Positions 48,630 to 57,730 are shown, counted from the first letter of the whole stretch. The stretch: 62,690 nucleotides of DNA, filler included, from Nitrospinae bacterium RIFCSPLOWO2_12_FULL_45_22 (GCA_001803565.1; 5 parts of 5 records of this genome joined end to end with filler, not necessarily neighbours in it); one strand, 5' to 3'. Numbers and translations: made by a program. The notes: a model not told the origin generated them from the letters alone.

Positions 48630-51071
48630 TTATGCCAGGGCCTGTTCAGTGCGGGCAATGATCTGGTCTTGGACCTCTCTTTCCATATCCACGTAGTAAG
48701 CGCTAAAGCCTGCTACCCGCACTATTAGATCAGCATAGTTTTCTGGATGTTGCTGGGCGTCCAAAAAGATCTGGCGATCGAGGATATTGAACTGGATATG
48801 ATGAATACCCATATTTACCCAGGTACGCAGATAGCTAAGAAAGGTATCCTGGTGCTCCGGGCTAAGGTACTGGGGTAGAATCTTCTGATTCAGCAGATGA
48901 GTAAAGGTATGGGTATGGTCTATCCTGGCCACTGACTGCAGTACCGCGGTAGGCCCCCGCTTATCGGTACCTATAGCCGGTGATACCGTGCCATCATTAA
49001 ACAGACTGCGATCTTTGCGGCCATCTGGTGTAGCTCCAGTAAGACCACTGTAGGAATAGTAACTAGCACCACCCGTCCCATCCTCGAGGAACGGGCCGCC
49101 CCAAATATTCTTAAAGCCCCTGATGACCCCGGTAGTCCGCAGGTAGAGATCAGCGGCAAAGCGATCCACATAATCGTCATCATTACCAAATTTTGGGGCA
49201 TTGAGGCACATCTGGCGCAAGGCATCTTTACCTTCCCAATTGGTTTTCATGGCCTCCAGCAGCTCTGCCATCGCGACCTTCTTGTCTTCAAATACCAGCT
49301 TCTTGAGCGCTACCAGCGAATTAACCACTGTAACCTGCCCTACGGGCTGGATAATGGTATTGGGGAAGTATTTGTAATGCCGACAGTCCTGCCCCCGCTC
49401 CAGGCAGCCATCCAACAGGGATGATAAGAATGGTTGCGGTAGATACTCTCCATCCAACACATCTACCAGGTTATAGATGGCAACCAATTTCTCGGTAAAG
49501 AACCGCACCTGGTTAAGATGGGCCCCGATGACATCTTCGATAGAAGAAAAGCTCCTTGGGTCTGGGGTAGGATAGCCGATCTGTTTGCCACTAAACTTAT
49601 CAATGCCCTGGTTCAAGGCATATTCCAGACACTTGGGCAAGGCAAACATGCCGCCCAGGGCCCGCATACCCATGGCCTTACCCGGTATTATCCAGCGCAT
49701 ACATCCCTCCGTGGAATAGTCCCGGGCATCCTCCAGGGGTATACCCAGGTTCATCAGGTAAGGGATCATCATCTCATCATTGAAGAAGGAAAAGAGCCCC
49801 GCCATCTTTCTCAAGGTATCGGTAATGGCCACCAGAAATTCCTTCGGAGAATTGCGATGGAGGCGGATAGCAACGGCGGGTTGGGTGAGCCTTACGGACT
49901 TGCTGGCATCCAGGGCAATATAAGTCATTTCATTAGTAGCATCCTCGCCCGTAAGGGTCTGGCCACCAATAGTCAATACCCGGGCGGTTATCAACCCGCC
50001 ACCACCAGCCCCCTGCACCGGGGGGATCAACTGCCCCTCTTCATTCATCTTGAGCCAGAGGTGTTCGACTAACTCCTGGGCCTCTTCACGACTCGACCGG
50101 CCAGCTTCTCTATCTTTCCGATAGAAGGGAAACATGATCTGGTCAAAGCGGTCCCCTAAGCCCGGGGTTTGTAAGTCCAGGATCCGGGTAATAAGGGTGA
50201 TAAACCAATAGCATTGCAGGGCCTCATATAATCCCCTGGGCGGATTAGCTGGCACCCAGCTACATACCTTAGCTATTTCTTCTAATTCCTTTTTCCTATC
50301 TTCATCCTCTTCTTGCTTAGCCAGCTCCAGGGCCTTTTCGGCAAACCTCTGACCAAAGCGGATAGCCGCTTCACACGCTATTATGGTGGCTTCCAGGAAT
50401 CGCTTCCGGGAGAGATATTCTTTGGCATTGAGATAGCTAGCCGGGTCAGTTCCAAGCTCTGCCAGCCGTTCTTTTGCCTCGGCTATTATCCCATTCAACC
50501 CCACCTGGAAGAGCTTATGATAATTAGGCACACCAGTACGCCCCCCATGGATCCAGAGAAATACCCCTTGATTATTATAAAACCAATAGGGCTTGATCTG
50601 GTCAGGCAGCAGCTCCCGCTCCATGCCATGTACAGCCTTATTTTGCCAATACTTATGGATGGTGTGCAGTTCCCTCCGCTCATCTTCGCTCAGCAGCTCC
50701 TTATAGTCAGCATCTATGGCCTTATCTAACCAACGCCAGAATAGTTCTGGGTAAGTAATGAGGGAGCTGGGTTTACTGGCGATATTACCGACAATCCGTT
50801 CATGGGGTAAGATATATATAGTCATGTTATCTAAGAGCTTGGCTATGGCCCTGGCCCGGCGTAAGACCATAGGCTCCCCTTCGGTCTCCTGATAACTCTG
50901 AGTAATCAATCGGGCCCGCTCAATACAGAGCTTGATACCAGCCCGATAAGGCATGCGACTCTCCTTTTTTTCCTGGGCCAGTATACGGCCCAGGCCCCGC
51001 ATGCCCTTGCTCTGATAAATGGGTTCCTGCCGTAATTCTTTTATGGACTTCTTTTCTGCTACTACTGCCAT
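48630..51071 (-). CDS. Glycyl-radical enzyme of unknown specificity
   Basis: CIERARL...RRA N-terminus; C-terminal HIQFN...LIVRVAGFSAYY glycyl loop; Cys loop EGCMRW. Confidence 0.92.
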   Translation of the reverse strand: MAVVAEKKSIKELRQEPIYQSKGMRGLGRILAQEKKESRMPYRAGIKLCIERARLITQSYQETEGEPMVLRRARAIAKLLDNMTIYILPHERIVGNIASKPSSLITYPELFWRWLDKAIDADYKELLSEDERRELHTIHKYWQNKAVHGMERELLPDQIKPYWFYNNQGVFLWIHGGRTGVPNYHKLFQVGLNGIIAEAKERLAELGTDPASYLNAKEYLSRKRFLEATIIACEAAIRFGQRFAEKALELAKQEEDEDRKKELEEIAKVCSWVPANPPRGLYEALQCYWFITLITRILDLQTPGLGDRFDQIMFPFYRKDREAGRSSREEAQELVEHLWLKMNEEGQLIPPVQGAGGGGLITARVLTIGGQTLTGEDATNEMTYIALDASKSVRLTQPAVAIRLHRNSPKEFLVAITDTLRKMAGLFSFFNDEMMIPYLMNLGIPLEDARDYSTEGCMRWIIPGKAMGMRALGGMFALPKCLEYALNQGIDKFSGKQIGYPTPDPRSFSSIEDVIGAHLNQVRFFTEKLVAIYNLVDVLDGEYLPQPFLSSLLDGCLERGQDCRHYKYFPNTIIQPVGQVTVVNSLVALKKLVFEDKKVAMAELLEAMKTNWEGKDALRQMCLNAPKFGNDDDYVDRFAADLYLRTTGVIRGFKNIWGGPFLEDGTGGASYYSYSGLTGATPDGRKDRSLFNDGTVSPAIGTDKRGPTAVLQSVARIDHTHTFTHLLNQKILPQYLSPEHQDTFLSYLRTWVNMGIHHIQFNILDRQIFLDAQQHPENYADLIVRVAGFSAYYVDMEREVQDQIIARTEQALA

Positions 51072-51213
51072 CTCTCTCCCCTCCCTATAAAAATATTATC
51101 GGCCCTAGCTTCCCGCTAAATTTCCCACATCCTTCATTTCGCACAAAAAGTAGCTACCACTTTTACTCAATAAGATTAGTTCACTAATTCACCGAAGAGC
51201 ACGCAGAAATTCT

Positions 51214-51352
51214 GGACGCAGATGAACGCAGATTATGCTATTTCGGGAATACAGAAGTCAGCATGGAAGGAACGATCGAGTTCTATTCTGAATTCTGACT
51301 ACTGACTCCTGTATTCTAAGTTATCCGCGTGAATCTGGGGAAATCTGCGTCC
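51214..51352. repeat. Nested palindrome (GGACGCAGAT arms enclosing GAATACAG/CTGTATTC hairpin)
   Basis: GGACGCAGAT...ATCTGCGTCC outer; inner arms at about 51248-51316. Confidence 0.75.
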
Positions 51353-51393
51353 TCTTATTCAACTTAACAGTTTATAGACAGGAGTATGGGCTG

Positions 51394-51615
51394 TCAATTT
51401 TTTATTTTCTTTTCCAGGGCTTCCCAGCACTCCCAGCGGCAATCATCTGATCCAAACCAACATATCCTGGGCCGATGACAATAAATATGACTGAGTTTGC
51501 TTATCTCCTTACCTGTCGCTGGCTGATGGGTCACCCAACCACAAAGAATCTCCGTTTCTCCTACTTCTTCCGGGCAAATATGGGTTTCTAATTTAAATTG
51601 CAGTATCTGCTCCAT
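51394..51615 (-). CDS. Small Cys/His-rich protein
   Basis: 73 aa from ATG 51615 (AGGGG RBS) with six Cys; upstream of and on the same strand as the glycyl-radical gene. Confidence 0.55.
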   Translation of the reverse strand: MEQILQFKLETHICPEEVGETEILCGWVTHQPATGKEISKLSHIYCHRPRICWFGSDDCRWECWEALEKKIKN

Positions 51616-51718
51616 ATCTTTACCCCTTTGCTTTTTTAGCATTAAATAAAATGGAAATTCCTATGCAATCAAGTTAAGTTTATCACCTTGACGCAGTTAG
51701 GGCTATCTTTATTCTCAC

Positions 51719-52903
51719 TTATATTATTCTTAGACACTGGCCGACATTTTTCAGGGCTAGCAGGGCCCTTTCGAGCTGCGCAGAGGTATGGGTAGCCATG
51801 AGGCTTATCCGCAGGCGGCATTTGCCTTCTGGCACTGTAGGGGGTCGGATAGCGGGGGTATATACCCCTTGTTCCAGCAAGCCCTGGGCAAAGGCGCTAG
51901 TCTTCTCTAGCTCGCCTACTAAGATAGGGATGATATGGCCCTGGCTATCCATCAGATCAAAGCCTAGCTCTAGTAATGCCTGGCGGAAATAATTTACCCG
52001 CGCCCATAGTTGTTGTCGGAGCTGGGGTTGGCTTTCTATCAATGCTAAAGCAGCTAAAGAGCCGGCCAGGATACTGGGTGGTGGCGCGGTAGAATAGATA
52101 AAACTGCGGGCCTTGTGCCGCAAATAATCCACCAACCTTTCTGTCCCCACCACGTACCCACCTAAGTTCCCCAGGGTCTTGCTCAGGGTTCCTATCTGGA
52201 GGGGTATTTTATCCTCCAGACCAAAATGCTCCACCGTACCCCGGCCTTCCTTGCCTAACACGCCAAAACCATGGGCATCATCAATAAGGACCAGGGCCCC
52301 ATACTCTTCAGCTAATTTACAGATTCCAGGTAATGGCGCCAGGTCTCCATCCATACTGAAGACCCCTTCAGTAATGATCCAGTGCCGGGCGTATTGCTGG
52401 CTTTGGGAGAGGATCTGTTTGAGGTGCTCTAAGTCTTTGTGACGATAGATGGCCCGGGCCGCACTACTGAGGCGGCAGGCATCAATAATACTGGCATGGT
52501 TCAACTGGTCACTGATGATTAAGTCCTGGGGGCCTTGGGCCAGGGAAGTAATAAGGCCCAGGTTAGCCATATAGCCGGTAGAGAATAGGATAGCTGCAGG
52601 GTATCCCTTGAACCGGGCCAGCTTCCTCTCTAGCTCTTCATGTAGGGCCAGGTTACCCGAGATTAAACGAGAAGCCCCAGTACCAGTACCATAGTGGGCC
52701 AGGGCCTCCTGCGCTGCCTTGATAACATGGGAATGGGCATGGAGCCCCAGGTAGCTATTGGAAGAAAGGAGGACTATTTCCTGGCCATGCCAGAAGGCTG
52801 TAGGACCCGGTATGCCGTCCAGACTTTTTAAAGAACGGGACAGGCCCTTTTGCGCTATCTCTTCCAAAGCCTGTCCCAGGTAATCCTCCAGCCAGAAGCT
52901 CAT
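51719..52903 (-). CDS. bioF: 8-amino-7-oxononanoate synthase
   Basis: SSNSYLGL, GTGASRLISG, NHASIIDA, FSMDGD, DDAHG, GTLSK; start ATG 52903 overlaps the bioU stop. Confidence 0.95.
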   Translation of the reverse strand: MSFWLEDYLGQALEEIAQKGLSRSLKSLDGIPGPTAFWHGQEIVLLSSNSYLGLHAHSHVIKAAQEALAHYGTGTGASRLISGNLALHEELERKLARFKGYPAAILFSTGYMANLGLITSLAQGPQDLIISDQLNHASIIDACRLSSAARAIYRHKDLEHLKQILSQSQQYARHWIITEGVFSMDGDLAPLPGICKLAEEYGALVLIDDAHGFGVLGKEGRGTVEHFGLEDKIPLQIGTLSKTLGNLGGYVVGTERLVDYLRHKARSFIYSTAPPPSILAGSLAALALIESQPQLRQQLWARVNYFRQALLELGFDLMDSQGHIIPILVGELEKTSAFAQGLLEQGVYTPAIRPPTVPEGKCRLRISLMATHTSAQLERALLALKNVGQCLRII

Positions 52904-53892
52904 CGTACTATCATCGGCATAAATTCGGTAGAACCATAGACACCATAGATAGCCTTGTCTCGCAGCCACCAGGCCCGCTTGAGATAACCCAGGGCGGGGC
53001 CTACCACATTATCGGCCATAGTGGTCTCATCACCTAAAACGAAGCGATGCGTGCTCTTCTGGCCACTCAAGGTTATACCGGTTAGGGTCATCGTGGTAGT
53101 GACCGGTTTCTTACTAGATCGGGTATCCATGATACCACCCACTATGACCTTATTCCGGCTATCTACGACCCCTACTCTCTCCAGGAGTAAATCATCGGCG
53201 TGCTCCATCTCCTGAAATTCTAGCCTCCCCTCCCGGGCATCCAGTAATGCCTCTACTTCTTGATCGGTCAGGGCTTTAGCTGTTTCTACAGTATAACCGG
53301 GCAGATGGGCAATATCTTCCCGAATAGTAGCTTTATAATCCTGCCAGCTAGAGACCCCTACCCCCCACCATATCTTTACCTCCTCTACTTGCTGGAAGGA
53401 CTGGGCAGCTAATACCGCCGCGGCTGTTAATAGGCCCGGCGTCGCACCAGCACCAGTAATGTAGGTACTCCTGACTTCTTTCAGTCCTCGGTCTAGTTGG
53501 AACATCTGCTCCATAGCCCTGGTCCTTTTCAAGGCATCAGTAAACACCCCGCTATAGCCGGCATCAATAAAGCGCTCTATTATTTTGGCGATAAAGTCAT
53601 TAGGTAGATTAGGGAGGGCCACAAAGATCCCATCAATAGACTTTCCCAGGGCAATAATCTCACCAATAGAGTCCGGGCAATGCACCCCACCCGAAAACAG
53701 ATCAGCTACTGAACCCTGCGGTTTTATCTGGTAAATCTCCTGGCCATCCAACCCTTTTTCGCTATAGGCATAGCCCCCTTGATCACAGATAGCGACTAAC
53801 CTCATCTCCCTTTTTAAGCTGATAAAACGGGCGGCTGCCTTACCCAGCCCGCCTGCCCCCAGGATAGCTATCCGGCATGGTCTTTTTTCCAT
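52900..53892 (-). CDS. bioU: BioU (BioA-replacing suicide enzyme)
   Basis: GAGGLG Rossmann motif, ALPNLPN, DALKRT, GATPGLLTAAA, ATIREDIAHLPG, GDETTMADNV; located between bioB and bioF. Confidence 0.88.
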   Translation of the reverse strand: MEKRPCRIAILGAGGLGKAAARFISLKREMRLVAICDQGGYAYSEKGLDGQEIYQIKPQGSVADLFSGGVHCPDSIGEIIALGKSIDGIFVALPNLPNDFIAKIIERFIDAGYSGVFTDALKRTRAMEQMFQLDRGLKEVRSTYITGAGATPGLLTAAAVLAAQSFQQVEEVKIWWGVGVSSWQDYKATIREDIAHLPGYTVETAKALTDQEVEALLDAREGRLEFQEMEHADDLLLERVGVVDSRNKVIVGGIMDTRSSKKPVTTTMTLTGITLSGQKSTHRFVLGDETTMADNVVGPALGYLKRAWWLRDKAIYGVYGSTEFMPMIVR

Positions 53893-53916
53893 CTCTTCCT
53901 CCTTTCTATAGCCGAC

Positions 53917-54169
53917 GTCATTGGTCACTAGTGTAACGTTACATTAAAATGTTTCCAATGCGTAACCAAGTCTTTGCCACGAAGTCACAAAGACACAAAA
54001 TTTCTAATTCATTGTTTTTAAAGGAAAAAATAACTCTTTGTGCCTTAGTGCCTTTGTGGCTAATACAAGTTTTTAATGTATATATTTTAATGAAACGTTC
54101 TACTAGTCATTGGTCAATAGCAAATGCAGAGCAACAAGGATTTAACCTAATGACTAATGACCAGTGACT
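53917..54169. mobile_element. Triple-nested element: heptamer hairpin, CTAG-bounded MITE, inner hairpin
   Basis: GTCATTGGTCA arm interrupted at CTAG by CTAGTGTAACGTTACATTAAAAT...ATTTTAATGAAACGTTCTACTAG (53928-54106), which contains GCCACGAAG...CTTTGTGGC (53976-54060). Confidence 0.75.
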
Positions 54170-55157
54170 AATAACGGCCACTATAAGTTTCTAAGCCTAA
54201 ATCTTTTATCATCTGCAAATCTTCGGCTGCATCCCTCCCGGGTGTAGTAAGATACCCACCGATAATTAAGCCATTGGCACCAGCTAAAATACCCAGGGAT
54301 TGCAAATCCCGCAGATTTCTCTCCCTTCCACCAGCCAGCTTAATAATGCTATTTGGTAAAATCAGGCGAAAGATAGCAATAGTCTTTATTATCTCCCAGG
54401 GTGGTAGGGGGGGGGTATGCTCAAGGGGTGTGCCGGGTCTAGGGTTAAGGATATTAATAGTAGCACAATCTACTTCCAGCTCCTTCAAGGCAAAGGCTAG
54501 TTCCAGCCGCTGTTCCCATGTTTCACCCAGGCCTATTATCCCCCCACAGCAAGCCTCTAAGCCCGCTTCCTGTACCGACCTTATTGTGTCCCAGCGTTCC
54601 TGATAAGTATGGGTAGAGCAAATATTAGGAAAGAAGCTTTCTGCGGTCTCCAGGTTGTGGTTATAGCGGCTAATCCCTACCCGGTGCAGCTCTATCATAT
54701 ATTCCCTGGGGAGGTGTCCTAAAGAGCAGTCCAGCCTTAGCCCGGTAGTTCTCTTTAACTCTTCCAGGGTCTCTAATATCATCCCAAATTCTGTCTTGCT
54801 TACCCTTTTGCCACTGGTGACGAGGCAGAAATGGTCTGCCCCGCGCTGCTCCGCTTCCCTGGCTGCCTGTATTATTATCGAAGGGTCTAATAGAGGATAG
54901 GAAGGAGCCGAGGAATTATAGTGGATAGACTGGGCACAAAAGGCACAGTCTTCCTGACATTGCCCTGACCTGGCATTGATCAAAGAACAAAAATCCACCT
55001 TATCGCCTCTTTGCCTCTCCCGCACTTCACAAGCCACAGCCACCAAAGCCAGGATATCATTCTTTCGGTTTAGGTCGGTTAAAACTCGGACCTCAGACAG
55101 GCTTATACCCTTACCTTCCAGAACCTTCTCTCCCAATGTCTTAATCGCAGCTAGCAT
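54168..55157 (-). CDS. bioB: Biotin synthase
   Basis: CQEDCAFCAQS radical SAM motif, YNHNLET, CCGGIIGLGE, AGGRE, GGYLTT. Confidence 0.97.
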   Translation of the reverse strand: MLAAIKTLGEKVLEGKGISLSEVRVLTDLNRKNDILALVAVACEVRERQRGDKVDFCSLINARSGQCQEDCAFCAQSIHYNSSAPSYPLLDPSIIIQAAREAEQRGADHFCLVTSGKRVSKTEFGMILETLEELKRTTGLRLDCSLGHLPREYMIELHRVGISRYNHNLETAESFFPNICSTHTYQERWDTIRSVQEAGLEACCGGIIGLGETWEQRLELAFALKELEVDCATINILNPRPGTPLEHTPPLPPWEIIKTIAIFRLILPNSIIKLAGGRERNLRDLQSLGILAGANGLIIGGYLTTPGRDAAEDLQMIKDLGLETYSGRY

Positions 55158-55189
55158 AAGCTATACCCATTCACTATGAAATTTATCAA

Positions 55190-55822
55190 TGTAAAGCTTA
55201 AAACGAAAAGCGCAAAACTAAGGATAAATTACCTTAATACTCTAATTCATAAGTTCGGTGACGTATTTAAAAACTATTTACTTGTGTAAAAAGAGGAGAT
55301 TTTGAGATTATGGAGATGTGGAGATAATCCATCTATTCAGCCTCAATCCTTCGGAAGTCTGCCATCTCTTTTGCAAAATTGACAAGGATGGCCAATTTAA
55401 GTCCGGTGGCTTTCAGGTAGGAACGAACCTGAGCATAATGTGCTTTGCTCAATTCTTCCACGGTTTTCAGCTCTACGATTACCCTATCTTCCACCACAAG
55501 ATCAAGTCTGTGCCGACCTACTTCCTCATCTCTGTAATAAATGATTACTTCCTTCTCCGTCTCCACTCTTAGAGACTGACTTCTTAATTCGATTAGTAAC
55601 GTTTTGCGGTAAATGCTTTCTAAAAAGCCTGGACCAAGAGTTTGGTGAACTTTGATGATCGCTTGTATTATTGTCTCGGTAAGCTTATCTTGTTGATATT
55701 CCATAACTTTATCTCCAGCATCTCCTTATCGCCTTATTTTACACCCGCTGCGAGATTTAGCTGGGAGGTTTATAATATGTCAGCGTATTTGTGAATTCGT
55801 GTACTTAGTTTTAAGCTTTACA
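55190..55822. mobile_element. Long nested inverted-repeat element carrying the GxxExxY gene
   Basis: Perfect 15-bp outer arms TGTAAAGCTTAAAAC (55190) / GTTTTAAGCTTTACA (55808), plus inner arms 55284-55327 / 55709-55744. Confidence 0.7.
55333..55704 (-). CDS. GxxExxY family protein (PD-(D/E)XK nuclease fold)
   Basis: LGPGFLESIY; RLDLVVEDRVIVELK; QVRSYLK. Confidence 0.92.
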   Translation of the reverse strand: MEYQQDKLTETIIQAIIKVHQTLGPGFLESIYRKTLLIELRSQSLRVETEKEVIIYYRDEEVGRHRLDLVVEDRVIVELKTVEELSKAHYAQVRSYLKATGLKLAILVNFAKEMADFRRIEAE

Positions 55823-55831
55823 CTCTACGCT

Positions 55832-56815
55832 TTACGCTTTGTTCATCTGCAGAGAGACATCCCCAGTATAGATTTTTATCTGTTGGCCGGAGGCTAACCG
55901 AAGGATCAGAGCCCCATGCTCATCTACATCTTCAGCCATGCCTTCTAAGGTTCCCTGTTCAGAGACGACTCGTACCTCTTTATTCAGGGTCATCAATGAA
56001 TTACGCCACTCTTTTACGATAAGAAGCCCCTTACCCGCTTGTAGCTCCTTATACTCCTTCTCCATCTCTTGTAGGAGACCCACCAGGAATTTTAGCCGGG
56101 AGATTTCCTGCCCTAGCTCTAAATAAATACTGGTGGCACTATAGGCAATTTCAGGATATATAGTAGGATCGAAATTCATATTAACCCCTATACCTACGAC
56201 TACATAGACCACCTGATCTTGCTCGGCCGAAAATTCTGTAAGTATACCACCAACCTTATTCCCGCGGATCATTATGTCATTAGGCCATTTTATTGAAGAT
56301 TCCAACGGGGTTAGGGCCTCGATGGTTTTCACTACAGATAGAGAGGCTATCATAGTAATATAGGACACCTGGATAGGCGAGAGATGGGGGCGGAGGATAA
56401 GGGATATCAATATGTTCTTATTGGCAGGCGAGAGCCACTCCCGGCCCATCCTACCCCGGCCCTGGGTCTGCTCTTCTGCAATGACCAACGTACCTTCTCT
56501 GGCCCCTTGACTGGCCAACTCCTTGGCCAGCACATTAGTGGAAGTAGTAACCGGATAATAATAGACCTCCTGGCCAATGAAATCTGTCTTTAATTCCCTC
56601 TTGATAAAGACGGGGAGTAATTTATCCGGGCAACTGATCAGGCAATAACCCAGGTTGGGCTGCGACTCTATATGAAAACCCTGCCCCCGTAATGTCTTTA
56701 TCTTCTTCCAGACGGCTGTGCGGGAAACTTTTAACCTCTCGGCTATAGCCTCTCCTGAGATAAACCCTTTTTCTCTGATAAGCATATCTAACAAAACCAT
56801 ATCATCCCCCACCAT
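55832..56815 (-). CDS. birA: Bifunctional biotin ligase/repressor
   Basis: N-terminal HTH (SGE.IA..L.VSRTAVWK), QTQGRGRMGR, KWPND, KVGGIL. Confidence 0.96.
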   Translation of the reverse strand: MVGDDMVLLDMLIREKGFISGEAIAERLKVSRTAVWKKIKTLRGQGFHIESQPNLGYCLISCPDKLLPVFIKRELKTDFIGQEVYYYPVTTSTNVLAKELASQGAREGTLVIAEEQTQGRGRMGREWLSPANKNILISLILRPHLSPIQVSYITMIASLSVVKTIEALTPLESSIKWPNDIMIRGNKVGGILTEFSAEQDQVVYVVVGIGVNMNFDPTIYPEIAYSATSIYLELGQEISRLKFLVGLLQEMEKEYKELQAGKGLLIVKEWRNSLMTLNKEVRVVSEQGTLEGMAEDVDEHGALILRLASGQQIKIYTGDVSLQMNKA

Positions 56816-56850
56816 AGCACTCCTTCTCTCCAGGGAAAATATTATGGCCT

Positions 56851-56878
56851 ATTTTAATCCCAGATGCCCCATTGTCAA
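56851..56878 (-). promoter_or_regulatory. Probable birA/bio promoter, possibly overlapped by a BirA operator
   Basis: Minus strand TTGACA-N16-TAAAAT; plus strand TGTCAAC-N17-GTTAACG (56873-56903) loosely resembles a BirA box. Confidence 0.45.
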
Positions 56879-57011
56879 CCATTTTTTATTATCCCCGTTA
56901 ACGACCCTAGGCCTTAGTAACAGTTCACCAGGGTCAGGGATCAGTTGTCAGGCAGGTCTTTTTAGCGAGCAGTGAGAGGAGGTGTGGAAAAAAACTCCAC
57001 TCGTTTTTGGG

Positions 57012-57040
57012 TTGACTACACTAGAATAAAGCACTATCCT
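57012..57040 (+). promoter_or_regulatory. sigma70-type promoter upstream of the NusG paralog
   Basis: TTGACT-N17-TATCCT. Confidence 0.5.
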
Positions 57041-57179
57041 ATTTGAACCTGATTTGTTCCGGGGATTTAATTTTAAATTATGGAGACGCACCCCAGGCAG
57101 GGTGCCATAGCCTGCTGCTTCCTCCCTTCCTTTGTCAGCTCCCTCTCAGGGCTTGACATTTTCCCAGGAGGATAGAACA

Positions 57180-57328
57180 ATGGAGTGTTGGTATGCCATT
57201 AATACCAAGCCCCATAAGGAATCTTTTTGTGAAAATAATTTTCAGCGCATCTCTCTGGAGACCTTTTACCCCAGGTTGAAAGAGAAGAGGGTTATACGGC
57301 GAAAATATATCTGGACCACCGGCCCGCT
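57180..57328 (+). CDS. RfaH/UpxY-like NusG paralog, N-terminal fragment
   Basis: AGGAGG RBS; MECWYAINTKPHKE...ETFYP...GP matches the start of an NGN domain; cut by spacer. Confidence 0.75.
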
Positions 57329-57428
57329 NNNNNNNNNNNNNNNNNNNNNNNNNNNNNNNNNNNNNNNNNNNNTTAATTAATTAANNNNNNNNNNNNNNNN
57401 NNNNNNNNNNNNNNNNNNNNNNNNNNNN
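57329..57428. other. Artificial contig-joining spacer
   Basis: N44-TTAATTAATTAA-N44. Confidence 0.97.
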
Positions 57429-57652
57429 TAATAGTTATATATTGGGCCTCAAGGCCGCATTATCCCTTGTAGGACTTCAATCTTAACTTGAGAATATAGG
57501 AATTTTCATTTTAACAATGCGGTAGGATTAACCGCAACCAGGTGATGATTGTAGCTTTATTAAGTTGATAGTTTTAGAGTGAGATCTGTAATTTCAAAGA
57601 GTTGCCTTTAAAACGTCAGTTTTCTGTAAAAGGCAATATATATTGCTAAACA

Positions 57653-57699
57653 CAGAATTTTTTTCTACATTTCCAGGTAAAATGTAGAAAAAAATTCTG
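57653..57699. repeat. Perfect 20-bp inverted repeat abutting the attI-like site
   Basis: CAGAATTTTTTTCTACATTT - 7 nt - AAATGTAGAAAAAAATTCTG. Confidence 0.9.
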
Positions 57700-57717
57700 C
57701 CTAATTAGTAGTTAGCA
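57699..57717 (+). mobile_element. attI-like site
   Basis: GCCTAAT-TAGTA-GTTAGCA has the same L-box / 5-nt spacer / GTT geometry as attI1 (CCCTAAA-ACAAA-GTT); directly precedes the first cassette, with no attC upstream. Confidence 0.6.
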
Positions 57718-57730
57718 CTCAGGAAAAGCC

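Noticed and set aside
48630-51071. Calling the GRE pyruvate formate-lyase or benzylsuccinate synthase
   Set aside because: It lacks the Cys-Cys pair and the CMSP loop, and no bssD-like activase is nearby
57040-57179. ops element in the leader of the RfaH-like gene
   Set aside because: No GGCGGTAG motif; only a generic hairpin
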